From: a virus
IMG/VR virus record: IMGVR_UViG_3300027860_000002
Length of the DNA stretch: 35,184 nt
Direction: 5' to 3' (one strand)
The position numbers and the translations under genes are program-made. Below, piece after piece: positions 1-7,592 of the stretch (position 1 is its first letter; the number at the start of each line of letters is the position of its first letter). The notes beneath the pieces were generated by a model that was given only the letters and a program-made list of their open reading frames with translations, was not told where the DNA came from and did no database searches.

Positions 1-127
1 ATTCAGCATTACCCGCAAATGCGCCTACAAATGTGTTATCTGTTGCAGAAGCCGTAGTCAGGGTAAGATTACCGGCATTTGAGCCTAAAAAGGTATTTCT
101 AGTCCCATAGTTAGAGATAAATGGCTG
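1..127. repeat. Terminal overlap identical to 35058-35184; the contig closes into a circle of about 35,057 bp
   Basis: Both ends read attcagcattacccgcaaatgcg...gttagagataaatggctg over 127 nt with no mismatch seen. Confidence 0.9.
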
Positions 128-595
128 GCCACCTAGACTATATAGTCCCGCCGTACCCGCCATGTTGGTATTTGGTTGAGATATAGAATTATTAAGAGCA
201 ACCAACAGATTATCACTACCGTTAGGATTAGCGTAGGTATTAATATTAGTCGCCGCCCCTCCTGTTGATGTTCCACCCTTAACAGTAACTATGCCTAAAG
301 CAGGAAAAACAGTGCCGTTATCAGTTACAAATTCTTCTGCCGCGCCTGCACCCGAGGTAAGTATCTCTATCCAATCAGCAACATTACGATTAAGGCCACA
401 AAGGAAGAATATGCGAGGCGGTACGTTATTTTGGAAGTCCTCTTCAAGTATCCAGATGGCTCCTATTTGAAAACCGACAAGATCATTTTGTGTTGGGATG
501 CGTTGTTCTACTACAAGATACGGAGCCGTTATGGGATCTATGCCCATATAGGCGAGGGTGTTAATACCCGAAAGGCGTCGTGCTTTATTTGTCAT
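1..595 (-). CDS. Tail fibre/tailspike, 5' part (198 codons). Same gene as 33598-35184 across the circular junction; full product about 684 aa
   Basis: ATG at 595-593 follows AGGAG. Hand translation MTNKARRLSGINTLAYMGIDPITAPYLVVEQRIPTQNDLVGFQIGAIW... stays open to base 1. It is in frame with the 33598 ORF once the 127-nt duplicate is removed (2055 nt in total). Confidence 0.8.
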   Translation of the reverse strand, partial: MTNKARRLSGINTLAYMGIDPITAPYLVVEQRIPTQNDLVGFQIGAIWILEEDFQNNVPPRIFFLCGLNRNVADWIEILTSGAGAAEEFVTDNGTVFPALGIVTVKGGTSTGGAATNINTYANPNGSDNLLVALNNSISQPNTNMAGTAGLYSLGGQPFISNYGTRNTFLGSNAGNLTLTTASATDNTFVGAFAGNAE

Positions 596-619
596 GAGAC
601 TCCTAATTTACTCTATAAC

Positions 620-1696
620 TTATGAGAAATATTCTACAACAATAACGCATCCTGCCCCGCCATTACCACCGGCTCCCGATGTAGTTCCATTAAGAGAGCC
701 GCCGCCTCCGCCGCCTCCTCCTCCTGGAAATCCACCCGTGCCTCCAGTTCCAGCAGAACCGCCAGTATGTTGACCGCCGCCGCCACCACCACCAAGACCG
801 CCATAAATTCTGCCACCTGTTGTTAAATTTCCGTTAGCGCCGTTACCTCCTCCGATAGTACCGGATTCAATGCCTCCAGCGGCTCCCGCAACAAGGGTAG
901 TTGTTTGATAGTTATAGAGCACACCGCCACCATTACCCGCCTGTTGTGCAGTGGTACTATTAGCCCCAGAACCACCACCACCGCCGGTCGCATTAAATGC
1001 CTGCAAAGTGGCAGCTCCCGTAGAAGGTATACCAATGGATGTTGCGCTTGTACCAGCTCCTGTATTACCACCTCCACTGGTAACGGGGTCATTAGAAACG
1101 GAATCTTCAAATTGTGTCAAATAACTCTTGTATGAACTCGAGCCAATTGTATATGAACTATTAACTGTTTGACCAATAATAAAATTACCCAATCCAGAAT
1201 AACCACCAACGCCTCCAGGGTTGCCATTGGTGGTAGTTGTTGTTATTCCTGCGGCACCGGTTCCACCAGAGCCAACAGTTACCGTTTCGCCTGATGCATT
1301 AAAAAATCCTGTAGGCATGCCAAGCATTCCAAATTGACCTGCTGCACCGCCTCCACCACCATTTGCAGCAGTTGTTAAACCCTGTTTGCCCGAACTCCCA
1401 CCATTGCCACCCGACCATACATAGACCTCTACATAAACAGTATTCGTGTTTATGATCCATGTTCCATTACTATTAAATTGGGTTATTAAGGGCTTCGTCA
1501 CCGATCCTCCTCCTGCGGCTTGAAATGTGGGTGCCATAGCAGCACCATTTGAAGTAAGCACTTGGCCAGCAGTTCCAACGGTTGTTGTGTTTAATTTAGT
1601 GCCATCATAGTAAACAACCCCATCCGTATTAGTCATAGAAGAGGCATTAGTGCCTCCTTCAGCTATTGGAGAGGGCGTTATGCGTTTATAACTCAT
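620..1696 (-). CDS. Glycine-rich tail fibre-like protein (358 aa) with the shared N-terminal module
   Basis: ORF track. N-terminus MSYKRITPSPIAEGGT is shared with the next two genes. Long Gly runs, ending ...GGNGGAGCVIVVEYFS. Confidence 0.7.
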   Translation of the reverse strand: MSYKRITPSPIAEGGTNASSMTNTDGVVYYDGTKLNTTTVGTAGQVLTSNGAAMAPTFQAAGGGSVTKPLITQFNSNGTWIINTNTVYVEVYVWSGGNGGSSGKQGLTTAANGGGGGAAGQFGMLGMPTGFFNASGETVTVGSGGTGAAGITTTTTNGNPGGVGGYSGLGNFIIGQTVNSSYTIGSSSYKSYLTQFEDSVSNDPVTSGGGNTGAGTSATSIGIPSTGAATLQAFNATGGGGGSGANSTTAQQAGNGGGVLYNYQTTTLVAGAAGGIESGTIGGGNGANGNLTTGGRIYGGLGGGGGGGQHTGGSAGTGGTGGFPGGGGGGGGGSLNGTTSGAGGNGGAGCVIVVEYFS

Positions 1697-1704
1697 AGTT
1701 TTTC

Positions 1705-2241
1705 CTACCAGACTTCATATGATGTACCATTAAAAACAACTTCGCAGGACTGGTAGTTGGTATTCATAACAAACGTAGTCGCACCATCAATAGTGACTGA
1801 ACCACCAACCGTTGTTACGGTGATATTGTGAGTAGAAGCAGAACCTGCAGTGTCTTTAATCACATATACGCGACCGGTTGAGGGTGCATTAGGAAGTTCC
1901 ACAGTAATAGCGCCGCCCGAACTAGTAACTCCCAAATAATAATCAGTTGTTAATGCAACATACGGTGACGTACTTACTGCTGTATAGGTAATAGATGTGC
2001 CTGCAGCAGCTATAGTTATAGTTCCAGCGCCATTAGTAACTGTTATACCCGATCCTGCAGTAATCGTCGCCAATACCGGAGCAGCCGTTGAAGATCCAAT
2101 AGGAATTTGTCCATTGGTTGCGGCTCCCAGTGCCGATATGGCTGACGTTCCGTTGCCAAGCAGCAATGAATTAGCAAGAAGGGTCTGTGCACCCGTACCG
2201 CCTTCAATTATTGGCTGAGGACTAATTCTTTTATATGACAT
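1705..2241 (-). CDS. Tail fibre paralogue (178 aa): shared N-terminal module plus shared C-terminal domain
   Basis: N-terminus MSYKRISPQPIIEGGTGA. C-terminal SPYVALTTDYYLGV..GGAITVELPNAPSTGRVYVIKD..HNITVTTVGG is closely similar to the C-terminus of 2876-3358. Confidence 0.7.
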   Translation of the reverse strand: MSYKRISPQPIIEGGTGAQTLLANSLLLGNGTSAISALGAATNGQIPIGSSTAAPVLATITAGSGITVTNGAGTITIAAAGTSITYTAVSTSPYVALTTDYYLGVTSSGGAITVELPNAPSTGRVYVIKDTAGSASTHNITVTTVGGSVTIDGATTFVMNTNYQSCEVVFNGTSYEVW

Positions 2242-2248
2242 ATGTTTC

Positions 2249-2866
2249 CTATGCTATTTGATAGCCCATAAAATAAACTGCTATTAATCCAGCAATATTT
2301 CCCGATAGTTGTGTAGGCGAGCCAAGTGCATGATAGTATACTTTCATAGTATCTCCCGCAGTAAGGCTTATAATGATAGAAGTTGTTGTACATATCGAAA
2401 TAGTGCCACTTGTGGTTTGCTGATTTAGGGCGGCAGAATATGCTGTTGAGTTGTGTGTAAATCCTATATAATCACCAACAGTTCCAGATCCTCCAGCAGG
2501 TGCTACTTGCGTGGTAAATGTATAAAGTCCATTTGTTGGCGCAGTGAAGAGTTTATTGCCATCATATACAGAGCCGTTGTTAATAACGGTATTTGTAAAT
2601 GTACAATCAAAACTACCCGATCCCAAAGAAATCTGGCCTACTGACGAAGCAAAAAATGAACAAGTAGCCGCAAGAGGCGTCCCACCTCCCGGTTGAAATG
2701 TAGGAGCAACCCCAGTTCCATTTGAAGTAAGTACTTGACCCGAAGTTCCAACAGCAGTACTTGCCAGTATCGATCCATTGTAATAAATAACACCATCGAC
2801 GGTATAAGTCGTTGCGCCAGTACCACCTTCAATAATTGGTTGTGGACTGATTCTTTTATATGCCAT
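2249..2866 (-). CDS. Tail fibre paralogue (205 aa): shared N-terminal module with a different C-terminal domain
   Basis: N-terminus MAYKRISPQPIIEGGTGA, then VGTSGQVLTSNGTGVAPTFQPGGG, which parallels 620-1696. Confidence 0.7.
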   Translation of the reverse strand: MAYKRISPQPIIEGGTGATTYTVDGVIYYNGSILASTAVGTSGQVLTSNGTGVAPTFQPGGGTPLAATCSFFASSVGQISLGSGSFDCTFTNTVINNGSVYDGNKLFTAPTNGLYTFTTQVAPAGGSGTVGDYIGFTHNSTAYSAALNQQTTSGTISICTTTSIIISLTAGDTMKVYYHALGSPTQLSGNIAGLIAVYFMGYQIA

Positions 2867-2875
2867 ATTGTTTCC

Positions 2876-3358
2876 TTAAAACACTAAATAGGTAGTGCCA
2901 TTAAAAAGAACTTGAATACTTTCATAGGCAGTATTCATGGCAAAACTTGTTCCAGCATCTATATTCACCGCACCACCAACCGTCGTAACAGTAATATTAT
3001 GCGTAGCCGCCGTCCCACTAATATCTTTTATGATATAAAATCTCCCTGTTGCAGGAGCGTTTGGTAATTCTATTGTTATTGCACCACCACTACTATCTAC
3101 TCCCAGAAATACATCTGTCGTGAGCACTACATAGGGGCTCGTGTTAACGAGGGTATACGTAAAAGATGATGATCCACTAGATGATATAGTAAGGGTATGA
3201 GTGCCTGGATTACCTACAACTGAAACGCCGCCCGATCCCACTACATTAATATTATAGGAACCATCAGGCGATACTGCCCCGCCACTATTGCCCGTTAAGG
3301 TATTAACTGCTGTGCCCGGACCAGGATTTCCTCTCTGAATCTGCGATATATGACTCAT
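2876..3358 (-). CDS. Tail fibre paralogue (160 aa) sharing the C-terminal domain of 1705-2241
   Basis: Start moved to ATG 3358 (MSHISQIQ), which follows GGGAG. C-terminal SPYVVLTTDVFLGV..GGAITIELPNAPATGRFYIIKD..HNITVTTVGG. Confidence 0.65.
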   Translation of the reverse strand: MSHISQIQRGNPGPGTAVNTLTGNSGGAVSPDGSYNINVVGSGGVSVVGNPGTHTLTISSSGSSSFTYTLVNTSPYVVLTTDVFLGVDSSGGAITIELPNAPATGRFYIIKDISGTAATHNITVTTVGGAVNIDAGTSFAMNTAYESIQVLFNGTTYLVF

Positions 3359-3369
3359 ATATGCTCCCG

Positions 3370-3723
3370 TTAGTTTGTAGGCGCTCCGCACCAATAGGTT
3401 ACGTACACAGCTCCAGTCGTTGGAGGTGTGCCACTATATTTGCCGTACACAACCGTACCAAGCTGCATAAAGAGACCATCAGCACTTACCGTTCTATTGG
3501 TAGTAAAGTCCATAACCTGTATCGCATTGGAGGGAAGTACCCATTTATTATTGATACCGTCATCAGAAAAATATATAAGAGCATCAGTGCCGTTATATAC
3601 CTGTAGCAATCGAACGGGTGATGTAGAAGGAATGCCAATTGCGAGATATGAAGTTGTTATATCGGCCGCCACAAGTGTGTTAAGAACAAGAGGAATTACG
3701 CGTAAGGTATCATTGGCCGCCAT
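3370..3723 (-). CDS. Hypothetical virion or fibre-associated protein (117 aa)
   Basis: ATG 3723 (MAANDTLRV) follows GGAGGT. Tightly packed inside the fibre cassette. Confidence 0.5.
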   Translation of the reverse strand: MAANDTLRVIPLVLNTLVAADITTSYLAIGIPSTSPVRLLQVYNGTDALIYFSDDGINNKWVLPSNAIQVMDFTTNRTVSADGLFMQLGTVVYGKYSGTPPTTGAVYVTYWCGAPTN

Positions 3724-3916
3724 CAGATGTACCTCCACTGGTTTGTTCTTGTCTTTTGAGCAATTCTGCCTGCTGCTTGTGCATTTCAACGAGATTCACG
3801 AGGAACTCATGGGCAACATCATATACTTCACCATGTGATGCACCATAAGGCATCGTAAACGTATAGATTCTTTCTTCTTTGGTTATCTTTAGTTCAATAG
3901 TCAGTCTTTGTTCCAT
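3710..3916 (-). CDS. Hypothetical protein (68 aa)
   Basis: ORF track. Sits between fibre genes and overlaps the next start by 14 nt. Confidence 0.45.
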   Translation of the reverse strand: MEQRLTIELKITKEERIYTFTMPYGASHGEVYDVAHEFLVNLVEMHKQQAELLKRQEQTSGGTSDGGQ

Positions 3917-3924
3917 ATGATTCC

Positions 3925-4866
3925 TTATTGAGATACGACCATAAAAGTAATAACAACATTAGTATTAAGAGCAGTTGCGGCGGCATTATTATACAGGGTT
4001 ACGGTGAGGGTATTGGCAGCTACCTGTGTTCTAATTACTGATATTTCCGCAGCAGCGCCACCGGAATTTGTTGCAGTAACCAGTACCCCTGAGTTTGCGG
4101 TTACCTTATTACAGGTAATAACTATATTTTGGGTAGCGTTACCAAGAATTGCCACGCCAGTTTGAGTCGCCACACCAATAAATGCACCATTAAAGTTAGC
4201 GGCTGCACCCGCGGTAGTTACTTCAAGTGCTTCAAGAAAGATGTCGCCATTTCCAGCGGTATTAAGCGTAATGCTACCACCCGATGTTTCGATAAGAATA
4301 TTACCAGCATTACCAGGGTCATTGGCATTGATAATTATGGCATTACCGCCAGTATCATCACTATTAATATTAATAACGCCCGTACTTGTAATGGTAGTGC
4401 CACCTGTATTTGATTCAATGTCTATAGCAGCACCAGCACCAGCCGCATCTATGGTAATAGTATTCCCTGCACCATTTGCCTCAAGTGTTAGGTTGCCCGT
4501 TACGGTTTCAACGGTAAGATTTGCTCCTGTAACCGTAAGATGAGAATTGGTAGTAGAGTCCATTAAAATAGCACCCGTAGTATTTACGGTAAATGCACCG
4601 GTCCCAGTAAAGGTAAATGGACCTGGGTTAACGGTAATAGATGTAAAAACACCCGCCCCACCAGCAGTATTTACCCAAGTAGCAATATTATTACGCACTG
4701 ATGCCAAAATAAACACTTGATTAGTAAGGGCATCAACCCAGACCGTACCCACTTGCGCTTTATCATTAACACCCGGTATTCGCTTTGCAACAATAGGATA
4801 AGGCGGTTCGATAATAAGGCCTTGATTTTGGCCATAAGCAACGTATTTGAACGTAGAAACAGACAT
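3925..4866 (-). CDS. Tail fibre/spike-like protein (313 aa)
   Basis: N-terminal PYPIVAKRIPGVNDKAQVGTVWVD resembles PYLVVEQRIPTQNDLVGFQIGAIW of the junction-spanning fibre. The body is T/G/N/A-rich and repetitive. Confidence 0.6.
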   Translation of the reverse strand: MSVSTFKYVAYGQNQGLIIEPPYPIVAKRIPGVNDKAQVGTVWVDALTNQVFILASVRNNIATWVNTAGGAGVFTSITVNPGPFTFTGTGAFTVNTTGAILMDSTTNSHLTVTGANLTVETVTGNLTLEANGAGNTITIDAAGAGAAIDIESNTGGTTITSTGVININSDDTGGNAIIINANDPGNAGNILIETSGGSITLNTAGNGDIFLEALEVTTAGAAANFNGAFIGVATQTGVAILGNATQNIVITCNKVTANSGVLVTATNSGGAAAEISVIRTQVAANTLTVTLYNNAAATALNTNVVITFMVVSQ

Positions 4867-4908
4867 GTTATTCCTTTACAAACATTACCAAACAGTGTAG
4901 CGTTGTTG

Positions 4909-4937
4909 GTATATGTGTTAGTATATGTGTTAGTATA
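4909..4937. repeat. Tandem 12-mer GTATATGTGTTA, about 2.4 copies, upstream of the 3925-4866 gene
   Basis: Read directly. On the minus strand it gives two TATACT -10-like hexamers 45-70 nt before the ATG at 4866. Confidence 0.7.
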
Positions 4938-5038
4938 AAATAGCCTTCCAGTTTCATCGTACTACTGCATATTCTTCGCGCGAAGAAGTGAAATGAAATA
5001 AAAAATGATGATTACCTGCTGTTTTAAGAAGGGAGAGT

Positions 5039-5275
5039 GTGGTGAAGAAAATAAATATAGCTCGTGGTAACATGGCACATGAAAAAAAGAAGCCGCATAA
5101 GATCACATTTAATACGCCTGAGGATATGTATGATGCGTTACATCATGCATCTGCTGCAGGAAATATATCGATGACTAAGTACATAATACGGTTGCTGTAT
5201 GTAGCGTTGATGAGAGATGGGTTCTTGCAGGATAAGTTAGTGGAGCATAGAGTTGATATATTTATGAAAAGTTAA
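5039..5275 (+). CDS. Ribbon-helix-helix (CopG/Arc-like) DNA-binding protein on the strand opposite the structural genes
   Basis: HKITFNTPEDMYDALHHASAAGNISMTKYIIRLLYVAL fits a strand-helix-helix pattern. GGGAGAG lies before the GTG GTG start. Confidence 0.5.
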   Translation: MVKKINIARGNMAHEKKKPHKITFNTPEDMYDALHHASAAGNISMTKYIIRLLYVALMRDGFLQDKLVEHRVDIFMKS

Positions 5276-5399
5276 ATGCCGAAAGAGAAATAGGAATTAT
5301 ATGAAACTGAATAGAACCTTAAAAGTAATAATGTATATTTTTTTTTACCCACTATTACTTTATAAGGTCATATATTTTTTTGATAAGAAATATAACTTT

Positions 5400-6500
5400 T
5401 TATAATTGACCAAATGATACTTTTTGACCAACCGGCGTTCCAGACTTAAAGTTATGAGCAGCTTCATTTAATTCATCATTCAAACGCTCTTCAACGAGTA
5501 ATTCTAAATTTGCAGGACGCTTCCCCTTATTCTCTTTTATGATGTCCTTCATAGCCTGTGTACGCAACCTAATTATTTTATTAAAAGATCGTATATTTCT
5601 TATAATTTTTAGTTTTCCCGCATCACTTTGAGAAAGTGTAGGTATGGTTTTCATATAGTGTTCTAAGTCAGTATTAGTCACCCGAGGCCCAAAAACGTCT
5701 TTAATGTTTCTAACAAAGTCATTGCTGAGTTTTTCGAATTCCTCGGTATCTTTTGATGTAAAATTTCTTTGAATATCAAGGCCAACTCCTCCCAAAAAAT
5801 TCAACACGGGATTTGCAATTAATCCAGCTAATGGTCCTACTATGGGAGCTTGTTTGCCAACATCTATTTCATTAAGGCTTTTAAAAAAATTATAAAATGA
5901 ACTTATAGGAAGACTTCCATGATTAACGAGCTCTTCCATTCGGTCTAATCTTAAATCATTATCCTTAGCAACCTTATCCCCCTTAAGGGTGTCTTGATAA
6001 TATTTAAGGGTTTCTTTGGCCGCTACATCATCTTCCTTCTGCTGTGCCTTTGTTTTTTTAGACTCACCATTTTCTGGAACTATGGTTTTAATCTTTAATT
6101 TTTTAGGACCCTTATCGAAATCTTGCTGAACTATTTCATTTATTTTTCCATCAATATACGACTTATCAACAACGGCCTTTTTTCTAGGGCGAGTCTTTTT
6201 GGTCTGATCGGCATAAGATTGTTCGAGTTGCTGTGTTTGTGGCTGGACAACGCCCACACTCGGTTGGCTTACATCAACTTGCTGTTGATTAACACCGATC
6301 TGGGGTTGCTGCTTAGGCTGGAAAAGAGCTTCTATAGAAGGAGTACTCAAAGGAGACTGCCCTAAGCCTATCTGCGATTGCTGCGGCTGACTATTGTAAT
6401 TAAGCATATTTTGTAGGCTATTTTGGGCGAGGCTACTGAGGCCTTCTCGCAGTATGTCGCGTAGATTTTGTGGATTGTATGCCATGTTATATTCCTCCAA
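5400..6500 (-). CDS. Hypothetical virion protein (366 aa) with a Q-rich N-terminal half
   Basis: ORF track. Lies downstream of the large tail gene in the structural operon. Confidence 0.55.
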   Translation of the reverse strand: MEEYNMAYNPQNLRDILREGLSSLAQNSLQNMLNYNSQPQQSQIGLGQSPLSTPSIEALFQPKQQPQIGVNQQQVDVSQPSVGVVQPQTQQLEQSYADQTKKTRPRKKAVVDKSYIDGKINEIVQQDFDKGPKKLKIKTIVPENGESKKTKAQQKEDDVAAKETLKYYQDTLKGDKVAKDNDLRLDRMEELVNHGSLPISSFYNFFKSLNEIDVGKQAPIVGPLAGLIANPVLNFLGGVGLDIQRNFTSKDTEEFEKLSNDFVRNIKDVFGPRVTNTDLEHYMKTIPTLSQSDAGKLKIIRNIRSFNKIIRLRTQAMKDIIKENKGKRPANLELLVEERLNDELNEAAHNFKSGTPVGQKVSFGQL

Positions 6501-7038
6501 GAAGCTTGAGTAATAGGCCTATATTTTGCAATCCTCCACCAAATACACCGCTGCCCGTTTCTTGGGTACCTCCAAACAACTGATTAAAGACAGGAGTGTC
6601 ATAATTACCAAAGAAACCTGGCTTCCCTTGTTCTTGATAATGCTGTTGCTGTGGCATATTGCCCAGTGAGGATAAAAGGCTAAAAAGATTTTGTAGGCGA
6701 GAAAGATCTTGCTGCTGATTCTGTGTTTCTAAAACTCCTATATTAGATTCTAGATCTGATCCTGCCCTTCCAAGAGCATTAGCAAAGGCACTCGAGCGCT
6801 GGCCGCTTCCACCTAAAGAAGTAAATCGCTCTGCTAGTGATGGTATTGTCTGCGTTTCAAAATTTCTACGTATACTATTGGTTATACCCGATATATCGCT
6901 CGGCTTAGATAAATTACCTAGTAACCCGGCAGCATTTTGTAGCGACTGACCCTGAAATGCTTTTTGCTGAGGATTATAGGTCTCAAGCGATTTAACTTGT
7001 GGTCCAGATCCAAATAATTGTTCATAAAAAGATGCCAT
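6487..7038 (-). CDS. Hypothetical virion protein (183 aa), G/Q/S-rich
   Basis: ORF track. Packed in the operon with a 14-nt overlap. Confidence 0.55.
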   Translation of the reverse strand: MASFYEQLFGSGPQVKSLETYNPQQKAFQGQSLQNAAGLLGNLSKPSDISGITNSIRRNFETQTIPSLAERFTSLGGSGQRSSAFANALGRAGSDLESNIGVLETQNQQQDLSRLQNLFSLLSSLGNMPQQQHYQEQGKPGFFGNYDTPVFNQLFGGTQETGSGVFGGGLQNIGLLLKLLGGI

Positions 7039-7047
7039 ACGATCTCC

Positions 7048-7590
7048 TTAAAATTTAAAGTATTCCCATATGATATACGAGAAATTAAAGTTCGACCTAT
7101 TAGAGGTAGTTGTTATAACTACATTCGTTGCATTAATTGATACCTCTATTGGCGCTCCTGTTGCAGATGGATAGGGCAATTTAATATAATTAAATCCAGT
7201 TGTATCACTTGCCCCTCCGTCTATGCCGACTGTCTGCCATGAGCTATTTGGTGTTAATCCATGAGGAATGTTCTTTACTCCGGCATTAGGCAATTGACCG
7301 GTAGATATAACTAACGTATAAATTTGCCTTGGTTGAGCACTTTGTGGTGTCTGCGAGTTAAGTGTTGGATCAGGGAAAAACTGTTTACCAGAGACAAATT
7401 CTTGGTTATAGAGATAGCCCGATACCCGGTTATTTACGCCAAGCGTCACTTGGTTAACGTTTTGATATAATCGTATCAAAAGCTCTTTAAATCCTGGTGG
7501 CTGTATATTCAGACTTTGTAACTGTTCTACGTCCCATGCATAGGTTGATGGAATATATGCACCAAAGTTTTCTGGATTCGATATAGCCAT
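7048..7590 (-). CDS. Hypothetical tail-associated protein (180 aa)
   Basis: ORF track. Immediately follows the 758-aa tail gene. Confidence 0.55.
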   Translation of the reverse strand: MAISNPENFGAYIPSTYAWDVEQLQSLNIQPPGFKELLIRLYQNVNQVTLGVNNRVSGYLYNQEFVSGKQFFPDPTLNSQTPQSAQPRQIYTLVISTGQLPNAGVKNIPHGLTPNSSWQTVGIDGGASDTTGFNYIKLPYPSATGAPIEVSINATNVVITTTSNRSNFNFSYIIWEYFKF

Positions 7591-7592
7591 AG

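Noticed and set aside
1-127. 127-nt end duplication as a physical direct terminal repeat
   Set aside because: It cannot be excluded. However, the exact length of 127 and the fibre gene reading through the junction fit an assembler overlap on a circular or permuted template better.
558-773. Plus-strand proline-rich ORF (PPPPPPPPPGNPPVPPVP)
   Set aside because: It is the antisense shadow of the glycine-rich fibre gene 620-1696 (GGN codons read as NCC). It has no RBS and overlaps two better-supported minus-strand genes.
620-4866. Diversity-generating retroelement acting on the fibre genes
   Set aside because: No reverse transcriptase gene exists anywhere in the closed genome. The repeated segments are protein-level paralogues, not a near-identical template/variable repeat pair.
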